Shown piece by piece: positions 1-9,926 of a DNA stretch of 64,000 nt. The DNA is from Spirochaetia bacterium. GTDB lineage: Bacteria > Spirochaetota > Spirochaetia > DSM-27196 > Salinispiraceae. The stretch spans positions 96,001-160,000 of the forward strand of contig JBBRCZ010000003.1 of assembly GCA_038204425.1 (NCBI GenBank), given 5' to 3'. Under the pieces are notes generated by a model. That model worked only from the letters and a program-made list of their open reading frames with translations, was not told the origin of the DNA and made no database searches. Position 1 is the first letter of the stretch, and every line of letters starts with the position of its first letter. A program made the position numbers and the translations under genes.

Positions 1-437
1 GCTCGCTTGGAACAAGTGATCCAAAACTAATGAGCTATGTGTTTGGATTTCTCAAGAAAAAAAACTGGGCTTTCCTCGACTCACGCACCAGCACAAAGAC
101 TGTAGCTCGTATAATTAGCAAAGAATTTGGCGTTCCATTGATTGAGAGGGATATATTTTTGGACAACCTTGAACAAGAAGAGGCAATCCGAGCTGCTTTG
201 CAGCGCGGTCTGATAAAAGCACGCCAACAGGGCTACGCGGTAATGATTGGCCACGTCTGGTCTGACGACTTGGTCAAGGTTCTTTTTGACGTCTATCCCC
301 AGATTCTGGAAGAGGGTTTTGACTTTGACACTATTGCGTCTTGGTTCTTGGGAGCCAAAGGTTTGAGTCCTGGCAATCCTGAAGCGCCTATCTTTTTTGA
401 AACAGGAAACAATGGCGATGATAGTTCTCGGTATTGA
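1..437 (+). CDS. Divergent polysaccharide deacetylase family protein (YibQ-like), C-terminal part, truncated by window start
   Basis: The frame is open back to the window edge. Motifs FLDSRT, RDIFLDN and IGH are typical of the family. Confidence 0.8.
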   Translation, partial: SLGTSDPKLMSYVFGFLKKKNWAFLDSRTSTKTVARIISKEFGVPLIERDIFLDNLEQEEAIRAALQRGLIKARQQGYAVMIGHVWSDDLVKVLFDVYPQILEEGFDFDTIASWFLGAKGLSPGNPEAPIFFETGNNGDDSSRY

Positions 438-1434
438 GAGTTCATGTGACGAGTGCTCGATAGCCTTGGTAGAAGACGGAAAGCGCATCCTTGGTCACGT
501 TATTCACAGTCAGGTTGAGATTCACAAAAGCTACGAGGGAGTTGTGCCAGAGATTGCCAGTCGAGCGCACTTGCAGACCATAGCTCCGGTTTTTGATGAA
601 ACCTTAAAACAGTCGGGGCTAAAACTGGAGCATATTGAGGCATGTGCCGTTAGTGTTCAACCTGGTTTGAGTGGTTCTTTGCAAGTAGGATTGTCCTTTG
701 CCAAAGGGTTTTCCTGGGCTCGTGGCATCCCGTACATTGGTGTTGATCATATTTTGGGCCACTTGTATGCCGCACAATTAGAAGTCTCAATCGACTACCC
801 ACATTTGGCGCTATTGGCTAGTGGTGGTCACAGCATCATTGGTATCTGTCACAGCTTTGAGCGTTTTGAGGTACTTGGTGCCAGCATAGATGATGCGATA
901 GGGGAAGCCTTTGATAAGGTGGCTAAGCACCACGGTCTGGGCTATCCTGGTGGCAAACTTATTGACGAGTTGGCACGTCAAGGAAAACCTTTGGCGTTTA
1001 AGTTTCCGCTCTCTCGTCTAGACCCGACCAAACATCGCTTTGATGTATCATATTCTGGTCTCAAGAACGCAGTCATAAATCAGTCTGACAAGTTTTGGGA
1101 CGGTCGCAGTGAAAAAAATCTGCCTAATATTGCTGCAAGTTTCGAAAAAGTGGCGGTTGATATGTTGTACAAACAGGTTTTAAAAGCAGCTGAACAGACA
1201 GGCCTATCAGTTTTGGTGGCAGGCGGTGGGGTGGCTGCCAACACGTATTTGCGCACACTGATGAACGAAAGCAAACACTTGCAAACTTACTATCCATCCT
1301 TGCAACTTTGTGGCGACAATGCAGCAATGATTGCTGGCCTCGGGTACCACTTTCTTAAGGCTGGACAACACTCCACCTGGGAGCAATCAGTTAAGTCTCG
1401 AGTAAAAGACTTTAGACATCTGCCTCTATCATAA
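418..1434 (+). CDS. tsaD: tRNA N6-threonylcarbamoyladenosine transferase TsaD
   Basis: LGIESSCDE, GVVPEIASRAH, HxxGH, DDAIGEAFDK, SYSGLK, DNAAMI. ATG 418 was chosen from AGGA spacing; 412 is possible. Confidence 0.97.
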   Translation: MIVLGIESSCDECSIALVEDGKRILGHVIHSQVEIHKSYEGVVPEIASRAHLQTIAPVFDETLKQSGLKLEHIEACAVSVQPGLSGSLQVGLSFAKGFSWARGIPYIGVDHILGHLYAAQLEVSIDYPHLALLASGGHSIIGICHSFERFEVLGASIDDAIGEAFDKVAKHHGLGYPGGKLIDELARQGKPLAFKFPLSRLDPTKHRFDVSYSGLKNAVINQSDKFWDGRSEKNLPNIAASFEKVAVDMLYKQVLKAAEQTGLSVLVAGGGVAANTYLRTLMNESKHLQTYYPSLQLCGDNAAMIAGLGYHFLKAGQHSTWEQSVKSRVKDFRHLPLS

Positions 1435-2404
1435 AGTCGGTGGCCAGTTTCTCTAGGTCTTCAAAGTCTTCTGGTTCAATAACTTGAAGTTTAAATTCGT
1501 TGGCAATTATCTTGAGTGCTATGGCATCAAGTGCTTTGACAAAGGCAAGATCGCTCTTATGTTTTGACAGTAGTTGACGCTTTATAATCGACTGGCGTAC
1601 TTCGTCTTGCCATGGCAAGAAAGCAATGTATTCAATCGCAATGCCTAAATATCGTGCACAAATCTGTCGAAGTCGCGAGCCTAGTCGTAGTTCGTCAACG
1701 TCTTTGCCCATATTTATGATAACGCGCGGCATAAATGATGCAAAGCGTTCGCGTAGCTTGAGGCCTTTTTTGGGCTCTAGTGCCTGGACTTGGTCCAAAC
1801 AATCGGCCAAGCTTGCAACCTGAGGCGAGTCTTCTCCAGCTTCTCGGCGTGCCGAAAAAAAGTTTCTGACTATCTGGCGTGAATCACCCTTGGCAGGAAG
1901 TGACATCAGCATCAGCCTGTAGAGTGAAGTCTTAATAAAACTGTAGGCGTTTAGGATTGAGGTAGGTTCGGGGCTGGAAACCACAAATCCAAGTTCGGCC
2001 GTTAGCCAAACATCGGTAGTGTTAAAATGGGTGCCCGCGCCAAGGTCCAGAATGATATAGTCGGCCTCCAGTGTGTGCAGTTCCTTGAGCAGCTTTTGCT
2101 TGCGCAAAAAACTCATGTTTGCGGTTCCTGGCATAAGACTGTCGCCGGCCACAAAGAAAAGATGTGCTTGGTCGAGAGCTTGAACTAAAGTCTTAAGTTC
2201 TATTGTTTTATCGTTAAAATAGCTGCCGAGGCCAGGGCTGGTATTTTTGATCCCCAATATGGTATGAGCATTGGAACCACCAAAATCCATGTCAACCAGA
2301 ACGGTGGTCTTGCCATGGCTTGCCAACAAGGAAGCGAGATTTGCGGAAATAACCGACTTACCAACACCACCTTTTCCGCTTGCTAAAGGAATTATAATAG
2401 GCAT
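1412..2404 (-). CDS. MinD/FlhG-like P-loop ATPase
   Basis: Deviant Walker A SGKGGVGKS, plus VDMD, DLGAG and PEPTS motifs. Confidence 0.85.
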   Translation of the reverse strand: MPIIIPLASGKGGVGKSVISANLASLLASHGKTTVLVDMDFGGSNAHTILGIKNTSPGLGSYFNDKTIELKTLVQALDQAHLFFVAGDSLMPGTANMSFLRKQKLLKELHTLEADYIILDLGAGTHFNTTDVWLTAELGFVVSSPEPTSILNAYSFIKTSLYRLMLMSLPAKGDSRQIVRNFFSARREAGEDSPQVASLADCLDQVQALEPKKGLKLRERFASFMPRVIINMGKDVDELRLGSRLRQICARYLGIAIEYIAFLPWQDEVRQSIIKRQLLSKHKSDLAFVKALDAIALKIIANEFKLQVIEPEDFEDLEKLATDFMIEADV

Positions 2405-2564
2405 AATTTTAAGTATAGAAGCAGCTCAGCAGAAAGTGCGAGAAAACATGCGTCAATTGTCAAAGTCTTGGAACGCTGGCTGGCAGTTTCGCTTGAAATG
2501 TCTCGCCCGCTTAGCCTATTATAAGCGGAATTGTTAAAACTATAAGTCGCTACTAGGAGTTGTC

Positions 2565-3050
2565 ATGTCGTTGTGCCCATGTGGATCAGGAAAAGCCTTA
2601 GAACTTTGCTGCCAGCCTTACATTTTGAGTCAAGCCAAGGCACCAAGTGCCGAGGCGCTGATGCGAAGTCGTTATAGTGCATATGTCTTACATGCCATTG
2701 ATTATATATTGGCTACAACAACCACCCATGGTGGCAAAGACGTGGATCCTGCTTCTACTAAGGCCTGGGCTGAGGAATCGACCTGGCTGGGTCTAACCGT
2801 TGTCAGAACAGAAAAAGGTGGTGCCATCGACAACGAAGGCGAAGTTGAGTTTATCGCCCGTTACAAGCAAGATGGCAAAGAAAACAAACACCATGAAGCA
2901 GCCTTCTTTAAAAAGGAAGCTGGGGTCTGGCTTTACGACCATGGCAGTCTGGTTACCGAAACGGTAGTGCGATTAAGTCCAAAACAGGGAAGAAACGATC
3001 CGTGCCAGTGCGGGTCGCTCAAGAAATTCAAACACTGCCATGGCAAGTGA
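2565..3050 (+). CDS. ychJ: YchJ family protein with N- and C-terminal SEC-C motifs
   Basis: CPCGSG...[46 protein letters not shown] upstream. Confidence 0.92.
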   Translation: MSLCPCGSGKALELCCQPYILSQAKAPSAEALMRSRYSAYVLHAIDYILATTTTHGGKDVDPASTKAWAEESTWLGLTVVRTEKGGAIDNEGEVEFIARYKQDGKENKHHEAAFFKKEAGVWLYDHGSLVTETVVRLSPKQGRNDPCQCGSLKKFKHCHGK

Positions 3051-3062
3051 TAGACTTGGCAG

Positions 3063-3785
3063 ATGAACGTCATGATAGATAATGGTCGGATTCTTGAGCG
3101 AGTAAAAAAACTGCTGGCACTCTCTCAAAGTCCCAATGAAGCCGAGGCTGCTTCCGCGTTGGAAAAGGCACATGAGCTTTTACGAGACTACAACTTAAGC
3201 ATAGAAAACATAACTGTTGATTCGGACTATGCAATCGATGCCTACGAACAAGGCACGAGGCTTCAATCCTGGAGATTGGTGTTATTGTCAGTGCTGTGTG
3301 ATTGTAACTACTGTAAACTTTTGGAATCTCGTGACTATCTCCAGCCAGGTGATGCGGCGGACACACGCACGATCTATACGCTAAAGATTGCTGGCAGGCC
3401 GCACAATATCGATGTCTGCAAAAGCTTGGCAGACTATTTGCTCAAAGCTGTTGAAAGACTTGCCAAGGTTATGGCAAGCGGCAAAGGGAAACAGTACATT
3501 TCCAGCTACAAGATGGGCTTAAGCAGCAATTTGATCGAGCGCCTAAGGCAACTTAAACAAGAGGATAGTCTGCAGGCAACCGGGCATGAGTTGATTGTTA
3601 GAGAGAGCGAAAATGTTGACGCATTTCTGAGTCAAAAATTTGATAGGTTGAGAAATAAGACAACTAGAGCACGAGTCTCGCAAGCAAGTGCTTATGCCCA
3701 AGGCCAAAAAGACGGCCAAAATATTGCTCTCAATGCTCAAGTTCGCAACCAGGCCCGCAGCGATGCGACTAAGGCGCTTAACTAG
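3063..3785 (+). CDS. DUF2786 domain protein
   Basis: N-terminal ILERVKKLLALSQSPNEAEAASALEKAHELL and C-terminal AYAQGQKDG. Confidence 0.8.
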   Translation: MNVMIDNGRILERVKKLLALSQSPNEAEAASALEKAHELLRDYNLSIENITVDSDYAIDAYEQGTRLQSWRLVLLSVLCDCNYCKLLESRDYLQPGDAADTRTIYTLKIAGRPHNIDVCKSLADYLLKAVERLAKVMASGKGKQYISSYKMGLSSNLIERLRQLKQEDSLQATGHELIVRESENVDAFLSQKFDRLRNKTTRARVSQASAYAQGQKDGQNIALNAQVRNQARSDATKALN

Positions 3786-3876
3786 CCAATCATTCTTAAA
3801 GACATAACAGCAAACAGTTTCCTTCTAAGTGTGGTATACTATAGGCACAGCAAGCTTTTGCAAGGAGCCTAAAACA

Positions 3877-4887
3877 GTGGACACCGATGCCTTGCTTTCC
3901 AAAATAATTGCTCTCACCCAAAGAATTTTACTTCCGGCAGGCCAAGAACTTGCATTAATTTTTGAAGAAACCAGTCAAGTGCTTTCCCAAATGGACCCAA
4001 GTATCAGGCCCCTTGCTAGTAATGGCGGACTCGGCGGTCTGATTGAGCTGCATCGGGATCTACCTTGTATTATTGTTCCCGATCTGCACGCTCGAGTTGA
4101 CCTGCTTCCCGCGCTCTTACAAACCGTGCCCCCAAAGCAAAGTTTGACTACACTTGAGCTTCTGAGTTCCAACGCTATCCAAGTCTTGATGTTGGGGGAC
4201 GGTCTGCACAGCGAAGGGGCCGAAGCTGCACTACGGTGGCACAGTGCATGGAACGAGTACCTGATGGATTGGAGCGAGAGCTCTGCCATGGATCAGGAGA
4301 TGACGCTTGCGTTTAACGCTATGGAACAAGTCTCGCTACTCTTAAGAGCCTTTTCTGAACAGTTCTTTTTCTTAAAGGGAAACCACGAAAACATACTTAA
4401 TGAAGAGGGTGGGGGTAACCACCCTTTTGGTAAGTTTGCTGATGAAAGTCGCATGACTTTGACCTGGACAGCACAGTTTTTGGGAGAATCATTTCTTAAG
4501 CACTATAGCGTTTTTGAAAAGTCATTGCCCTTGGTAGCACGAGGCAGGAATTTTCTATCAATCCATGCCGAACCAGCTTTTGCTTTGGCGCCAAGTGATG
4601 CAATAGATGCCTATCTAAACCCACTCTTAATAGAAGCTTTGACCTGGACAGCCAATGGTGGCGCCCAAGCTGATGCTGTAAAGCTAAGCTTGGCTGCCTT
4701 TCTGCCACCAAAAAGCAGACCCGGATTGATTTTTTGTGGGCACCGCGTAGTAGCTGAACGCTTTGCCCTGCGCAGCGCAGGACTTTTGGTTCAGATACAT
4801 GATAAAGAGCGTTTGCAGGCCGCTATAGTCTACCCAGACAAAACCTTTGATCCAAAGACCGCTATCTTTGACTTAGTGGCAAACTAG
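3877..4887 (+). CDS. Calcineurin-like metallophosphoesterase
   Basis: DLH, GDGLH, GNHE, H and GH motifs. GTG start at 3877 follows RBS AAGGAG and a TATACT -10 box. Confidence 0.8.
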   Translation: MDTDALLSKIIALTQRILLPAGQELALIFEETSQVLSQMDPSIRPLASNGGLGGLIELHRDLPCIIVPDLHARVDLLPALLQTVPPKQSLTTLELLSSNAIQVLMLGDGLHSEGAEAALRWHSAWNEYLMDWSESSAMDQEMTLAFNAMEQVSLLLRAFSEQFFFLKGNHENILNEEGGGNHPFGKFADESRMTLTWTAQFLGESFLKHYSVFEKSLPLVARGRNFLSIHAEPAFALAPSDAIDAYLNPLLIEALTWTANGGAQADAVKLSLAAFLPPKSRPGLIFCGHRVVAERFALRSAGLLVQIHDKERLQAAIVYPDKTFDPKTAIFDLVAN

Positions 4888-6317
4888 GCCTTTGGTTTCT
4901 TCTTGCTTTTGACAATCGCCTTGTCATCAAAGACCACAATTGTTCCATTGAAATTTATCACATCTCCTGGACTGAGTTCCTTCTTGCTGACCGTTTTATT
5001 GTTGACCACCACCGTGCTGCTTGAAATCAGAGTATATTTGCCCGTGATAGTGTCGCGGACTATTGTTACAGGGTTCGTTTGCAATTGGGTGTTACCGGCA
5101 ATCGTGAGATCCGCAGTAGTATCTGCTCCAATAATGGTGCGATCGCCTACTTCCAAGAAGCGATTGGTGTTTACAGCACCCGGACCGTAGAGCAGCTGCA
5201 AGTTGGCGCTCGAGCTAGGTTTGTCCAGCTTTACCAAGGCCAAGAGCAACCAAGCCAAGAGAGCAAGTGGCATCAGAAAGTAAATCCAAGGCGGCAAAAG
5301 TGTAAGCGCTTGGCCAAAAACAGTACCAACATAGTAATAACGGGTAGATTCTGCCTGTTGTGCACCGTCGGTAAAACGTAGTTTTACCCATCGTTTGTCC
5401 CCATCAAGCATCAAAGGTCGATAGTCAATTCGAATTTCCTGGACAATACTTTGATGAATGCTGCGATAAATTGCTATTAGTTCGTTGTCGTCCTTAGCAT
5501 CAAATACCGCACCGCCAGACGCGATGGCTATTTCGGACAATTGACTATCTTTGGCATCAGGCCCAAAATTAACGGCAAAGATGGTCCAACCTTGCAAAAT
5601 GGCCTCGTGTAGCGCTTCTTGAGCAGTAAAACTTCGGTTTGCAAACTGAGGGCTGGGCTTATTCTCAAAATCTTTAAATGGATAGTTAACGCCGTCGGAA
5701 AGCACTATCATCGCTTTGCGTCCATTTATGGTCTCACCCTCGGTGCTCGCCATGGTTATGCCCGCATACAGCTCGGTATAACCGTCTTCTCGTGCTGGTC
5801 TAACTATGCTAGATATGGCGGCCGAGACAGTCTGCTTGTCTATCTGCGGGCGTAGCAAGTTTTGGTAGCGAGTATTGAATACCGCAAGCCCTATACTATC
5901 TGTCGGTCCAGTGACCGAAAGCAAAAAATTACTCGCCGCACGGTTGGCTGCAAAAAATCGAGTCTGAGCCAAATCCTCGGTTTTCTTGCCATCGAGTGTG
6001 TCGTACATGCTGCCCGAGTTATCGAGCAAAAACAAGAAGGAAATGCCGGCACTTACGTTGCTGTCGACCGAAATAGTCACATCCCCAGCTGGGATAAACT
6101 GTTTACCGTCGGCCGACTCCAAGATTTCCAGATTGCCTTCTAAAGAATTGGGAACAGAATTTTTGACCAAGCTTTGTATAGTGGCATAGACCGTATTTTT
6201 CTGTTCTGTCAAAAGTAGACTGGGATCAATCTGTGTAATAAAGGCACTTTGGGACGAACCGAGAGCCACCGCCACAAACAAGCAGGCTAGCTTTATGGTA
6301 ATTTTAGATAATTTCAT
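4884..6317 (-). CDS. Exported VWA-domain protein with TM segment and C-terminal FHA-like domain
   Basis: Signal peptide, MIDAS LLDNSGSM..T..LSDG, TM near aa 340-363, C-terminal VVVN...LSPGDVINF. Confidence 0.85.
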   Translation of the reverse strand: MKLSKITIKLACLFVAVALGSSQSAFITQIDPSLLLTEQKNTVYATIQSLVKNSVPNSLEGNLEILESADGKQFIPAGDVTISVDSNVSAGISFLFLLDNSGSMYDTLDGKKTEDLAQTRFFAANRAASNFLLSVTGPTDSIGLAVFNTRYQNLLRPQIDKQTVSAAISSIVRPAREDGYTELYAGITMASTEGETINGRKAMIVLSDGVNYPFKDFENKPSPQFANRSFTAQEALHEAILQGWTIFAVNFGPDAKDSQLSEIAIASGGAVFDAKDDNELIAIYRSIHQSIVQEIRIDYRPLMLDGDKRWVKLRFTDGAQQAESTRYYYVGTVFGQALTLLPPWIYFLMPLALLAWLLLALVKLDKPSSSANLQLLYGPGAVNTNRFLEVGDRTIIGADTTADLTIAGNTQLQTNPVTIVRDTITGKYTLISSSTVVVNNKTVSKKELSPGDVINFNGTIVVFDDKAIVKSKKKPKA

Positions 6318-6328
6318 AGACTTCCTTC

Positions 6329-7216
6329 TCAGCCAAAATATCCGTAAAGGATTTTTGCGCTGCCAATTTGTATGACGTCGTCAAGCTTGAGTTGAATCTT
6401 ATCAATCTTGACTTCATTTACTAATACTGTTCCATCTCGAGCTTGCAGAACGACAGCATCTTTCTTGACCTGCAACTGGGCATGTAGCGCCGCCACGTCG
6501 TCGTAGCCAATCAACACAATGTCTGACCTTGTATGCTGGCCAATCGTAAGCCGACGCTGATTTACTAAGAACTCTTTTCCTTTTTGTTGTCCATTGAGGA
6601 CCTTAAGGCTACCAAGTGAAAATCGCTTTTCTAATATCGAATAGAGTAAACTTATGCTTGCTCCCAAAAGAATTAAAGCTATTAGACGGCCGAAGATAAA
6701 GCCAGGGAAGTGAATAGTGCTGGCAATAAACACCAATCCACCCAAAAGACCTCCAAAAAGGCCCCCGGTGATACCAAGCAAGGTCTTTTTAAACGACATA
6801 GATCGCAGTCCTTCGCTTGCGCCAATTGCCGCGCCCAAAACAGCCCATGCACTGGCTTGAGCCAGAATTAGGCCAATGCTTGCTTTGTCTGAGCCGGCCT
6901 GAGTCAGCTGATCACCGGCGGCAAACAGCAGGCTTTGGGCTAAGAAAGCGCCCAGTATTGCACCAACAGCCCCAGTCAAAAGGCCTGACAACGCTCCCCA
7001 AAGTGCCTTAGAAACAGATCGAGTTAAGACACCTTCTGTTGATCCAAAAAAGGCGCCGAGCACTGAACCAATCACTAGCCCCAAGCTAAGCGTAAACCAA
7101 AAATATGAACCAAAAGCCGATTGCAGGCTCATTAGCGTCTCAATCGCTGGCCATACGAATAGGGCCGATAGAACGCCGATGGTTACCAGCACAAGTCTTC
7201 GTACCAGATAGGTCAT
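6329..7216 (-). CDS. Multi-pass membrane protein with C-terminal FHA-like domain
   Basis: About 6 Gly-rich TM helices, then LKVLNG..GKEF..LTIG..DIVL..HAQL..VNE..DDVIQIG. Confidence 0.85.
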   Translation of the reverse strand: MTYLVRRLVLVTIGVLSALFVWPAIETLMSLQSAFGSYFWFTLSLGLVIGSVLGAFFGSTEGVLTRSVSKALWGALSGLLTGAVGAILGAFLAQSLLFAAGDQLTQAGSDKASIGLILAQASAWAVLGAAIGASEGLRSMSFKKTLLGITGGLFGGLLGGLVFIASTIHFPGFIFGRLIALILLGASISLLYSILEKRFSLGSLKVLNGQQKGKEFLVNQRRLTIGQHTRSDIVLIGYDDVAALHAQLQVKKDAVVLQARDGTVLVNEVKIDKIQLKLDDVIQIGSAKILYGYFG

Positions 7217-9168
7217 GGTATCTCCTTAATGATTGGGTCCGTAGACCCAGGTTTGAATAAAACAGAAACATTGCGTCTGGTATCGGAACGCAGATCCAAA
7301 TTAATATGGGTTTTCTTTGATCCTGTCTGAACTTCTATGCGTAGCGCACCTGGACTCAACGCTAGAAAAAGTGGCTTGTCAGCTTCAAGATTGAGCGCTA
7401 TCAGTTTAGGCGTCTTTTCTCCATTTAGCATGCTGCGGCGACCGTTGATACTGAGGGTCAATCCTTCAATCTTACTTGAGATAACCAAGGCACCCGAACG
7501 AGCCTGCATTGAGATGTTGAGTCGCAGGTCGCTTTGCAGAGGACCAACATCAATCGAGAGTTCTTGTTGGTAATAACCAGGCGAAGCAACTCTAAAGCGG
7601 TAGTTTTTTCCACTTACAAGACGTTCTTTTGGATAGTCTTGCAGATTTTCCCAGATTGCGCTCTCGTTTTTGATCATAATTTGAGCCTGAGCAGTAATGT
7701 CTTGATTAATACGCCTATCAAAAACATTGAACTTGAGTCTCAATGTCTGGGCAACACCGGTTTCTGCAGGATACTTGAGTACCAAACCAGACGAACGACC
7801 CTCGGACTTTTGTACTGAGTGTGGCTGCAGATAAAAGAGCTCTTGGTAGAACTTGTTGTCGATACCAAGCTCCAGAAAGTACCATCCCATCGGCAAAAAT
7901 GTGCGATCTGAGCTAGTTTTTCCTTGCTTGCCCACACCAAAGAAGCTCAAGAGGCTGTTGTAGAAGGATGGCGTTGGCAAATTGGTAGGCGCAGCCAAAC
8001 CAGAAGCCTTGTCAGTATTTGAAGGCGAAAGAACGGGCCTAATTTGTGCACTCAGGAGTGGCGTTGTCAAATCTAGTGGCTGTTGCTCAGAAAGGATTTC
8101 TAGTCGTACGGCACCGTGACTTTCTGCGTAGAACCACTCAAACCACAATCCGCTGTATATTAGGTAGGCAAAAATTGTAGACAAAGCAAAAATAATCAGC
8201 AATTGAGTCGAAACCACGCGCTTTATTGACTTGAGAATGCCCACTTTAGGCGGTTGGTATTTGACATTATTCATCAGTGCGACTAGATGTTTGTCGAGTT
8301 CAGTTGCTTTTTCTTTTTTAAGTCTTTGTTCGAGCAAGTCGATCACCTGTTGCATATCGCGATAGCGTTCTGTTTTTTTGGCGCGTATCATTTTATTGCA
8401 AAGTCTGATGACCGTGGAGTCGAGTCGGGGATTTAGTTTTTTGACTCTAAGATACTTGCCTTTTTTAATTAACAAAAGATTGCTTGGCGACAAATCTCCT
8501 GCAAACGGCTTTTTGCCAGTCACCATTTCGTAGAGCATTACGCCCATAGCGTAGATATCTGCGCTCTTGTCAACGGATTTTGTGTTCTCAAATTGTTCTG
8601 GCGGCATGTAAGAAACGGTGCCCAAGGTCATGCCGTGCGCAGTAAGTCCATCACTTGATGGATCAGAGTTGCTTTCATACCCAGCGATGCCAAAATCGAC
8701 AAGTTTAACTTCTCCTGTTTTGGATATCAGGATATTGGCTGGCTTAATGTCACGATGAATCACACCGCAATCATGCGCGTATTTTAAAGCCTTTGATATT
8801 TCGTAGAAAATTGACAGCGCGAGAAGGCTTGGCAGAGAGCGTTGTTGACGAATAAGTTCGTCGAGCGAAAAACCATCAACATATTCTAGAACAATATAAT
8901 AAGAGGAACCCTCTTTAAAATGGTCATAAAAATTGACGATGTTCTTGTGTCTAAAGTCCATCATAATTTCGGCTTCTCGTTTAAATCGCTCTATAAAGTG
9001 CGGGTTACCACGCACCGAAAGTTTCTTAATTATAACAGAGCGTTTGAGCGTTGGATGCATAGCTTTAAAGACAGACCCCATGCCACCTTTGGCAATCAGA
9101 CCTTCTATGCGGTACTTACCAATAGTTTCGGGCAAAGCTGCCGTAGTGGGGGCCTCTTTAGCGCTCAA
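7213..9168 (-). CDS. Hanks-type Ser/Thr protein kinase, single TM, with PEGA-like extracytoplasmic region
   Basis: GGMGSV, IIKK, RFKREA, HRDIKPAN, DFG, GTVSYMPPEQ and DIYAMG. TM near aa 322-345. Confidence 0.95.
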   Translation of the reverse strand: MSAKEAPTTAALPETIGKYRIEGLIAKGGMGSVFKAMHPTLKRSVIIKKLSVRGNPHFIERFKREAEIMMDFRHKNIVNFYDHFKEGSSYYIVLEYVDGFSLDELIRQQRSLPSLLALSIFYEISKALKYAHDCGVIHRDIKPANILISKTGEVKLVDFGIAGYESNSDPSSDGLTAHGMTLGTVSYMPPEQFENTKSVDKSADIYAMGVMLYEMVTGKKPFAGDLSPSNLLLIKKGKYLRVKKLNPRLDSTVIRLCNKMIRAKKTERYRDMQQVIDLLEQRLKKEKATELDKHLVALMNNVKYQPPKVGILKSIKRVVSTQLLIIFALSTIFAYLIYSGLWFEWFYAESHGAVRLEILSEQQPLDLTTPLLSAQIRPVLSPSNTDKASGLAAPTNLPTPSFYNSLLSFFGVGKQGKTSSDRTFLPMGWYFLELGIDNKFYQELFYLQPHSVQKSEGRSSGLVLKYPAETGVAQTLRLKFNVFDRRINQDITAQAQIMIKNESAIWENLQDYPKERLVSGKNYRFRVASPGYYQQELSIDVGPLQSDLRLNISMQARSGALVISSKIEGLTLSINGRRSMLNGEKTPKLIALNLEADKPLFLALSPGALRIEVQTGSKKTHINLDLRSDTRRNVSVLFKPGSTDPIIKEIP

Positions 9169-9701
9169 CTTGTTTGGTCTCCGACGTTTCTGTTGACCAT
9201 AACAAAGGAGGTACTGATGGTGCTAGTAAGTTCGTTTAAGCGCTCCGTTTCAACTGTTGGAGCGAGTGAGCTGCGAAAACACGCGATTTTTAAAACTGGA
9301 CTGGTCCTGCGGATGGGACCCTGCTTAAAATTGGCAGTAGCATCGGTTTTTAGATCGCTATCCATTACACATTGGTCTCTGCTCTCTTGTTGTGGAACAT
9401 CTTTACGAAGACCAATCGATGCGTAAGCCACTTTTCGGGTGCCGTTTTGGAGCGGACCAACGTTTACAAGGGAACCGGAGTAGGTCATAAGAATAGCACC
9501 GTGTTGATCAGTGGCCTTAAAGCTTTCTACCTCTTCCATTTCGTTTTGAGCTACTGTTTGTTCAAATCTTAGTTTTTTTTCTAACCAAGCTGTAGCCAAT
9601 ACTTCTAGAGATTCATCGCCATCCGCTAGTCCGGAAGTTTGAAAGAGCTGGTTAATGTGTGCCTGAATAAATCCTTCTAGAGAATCAAAGTTTTTCCCCA
9701 T
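9165..9701 (-). CDS. Hypothetical protein, first gene of the kinase operon
   Basis: 178-aa ORF with RBS AAGGAG and a 4-bp overlap with the kinase start. Confidence 0.8.
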   Translation of the reverse strand: MGKNFDSLEGFIQAHINQLFQTSGLADGDESLEVLATAWLEKKLRFEQTVAQNEMEEVESFKATDQHGAILMTYSGSLVNVGPLQNGTRKVAYASIGLRKDVPQQESRDQCVMDSDLKTDATANFKQGPIRRTSPVLKIACFRSSLAPTVETERLNELTSTISTSFVMVNRNVGDQTS

Positions 9702-9859
9702 TTAGTGCTCCTTATCAGTGCTGGGTTTAATGTACTAAAAAAGTACCGCGACGACATTAAAATATTGGTTATTATGGAAATAAATATAATAATAGACTTT
9801 TTGTTTAACAAAATAAAAATTATTCAACTTATTCAACCTATTCTGAGCATGGCTTTAAA

Positions 9860-9893
9860 AATAAAACAGCAAAGTAATTAGCCTTGCTGTTTT
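9860..9893 (-). terminator. Intrinsic terminator after pstS
   Basis: Inverted repeat AAAACAGCAA/TTGCTGTTTT followed by a T-rich tail on the minus strand. Confidence 0.65.
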
Positions 9894-9926
9894 CTTGGGC
9901 ACGGATGCTCTAGAGATTGAGCTCGA

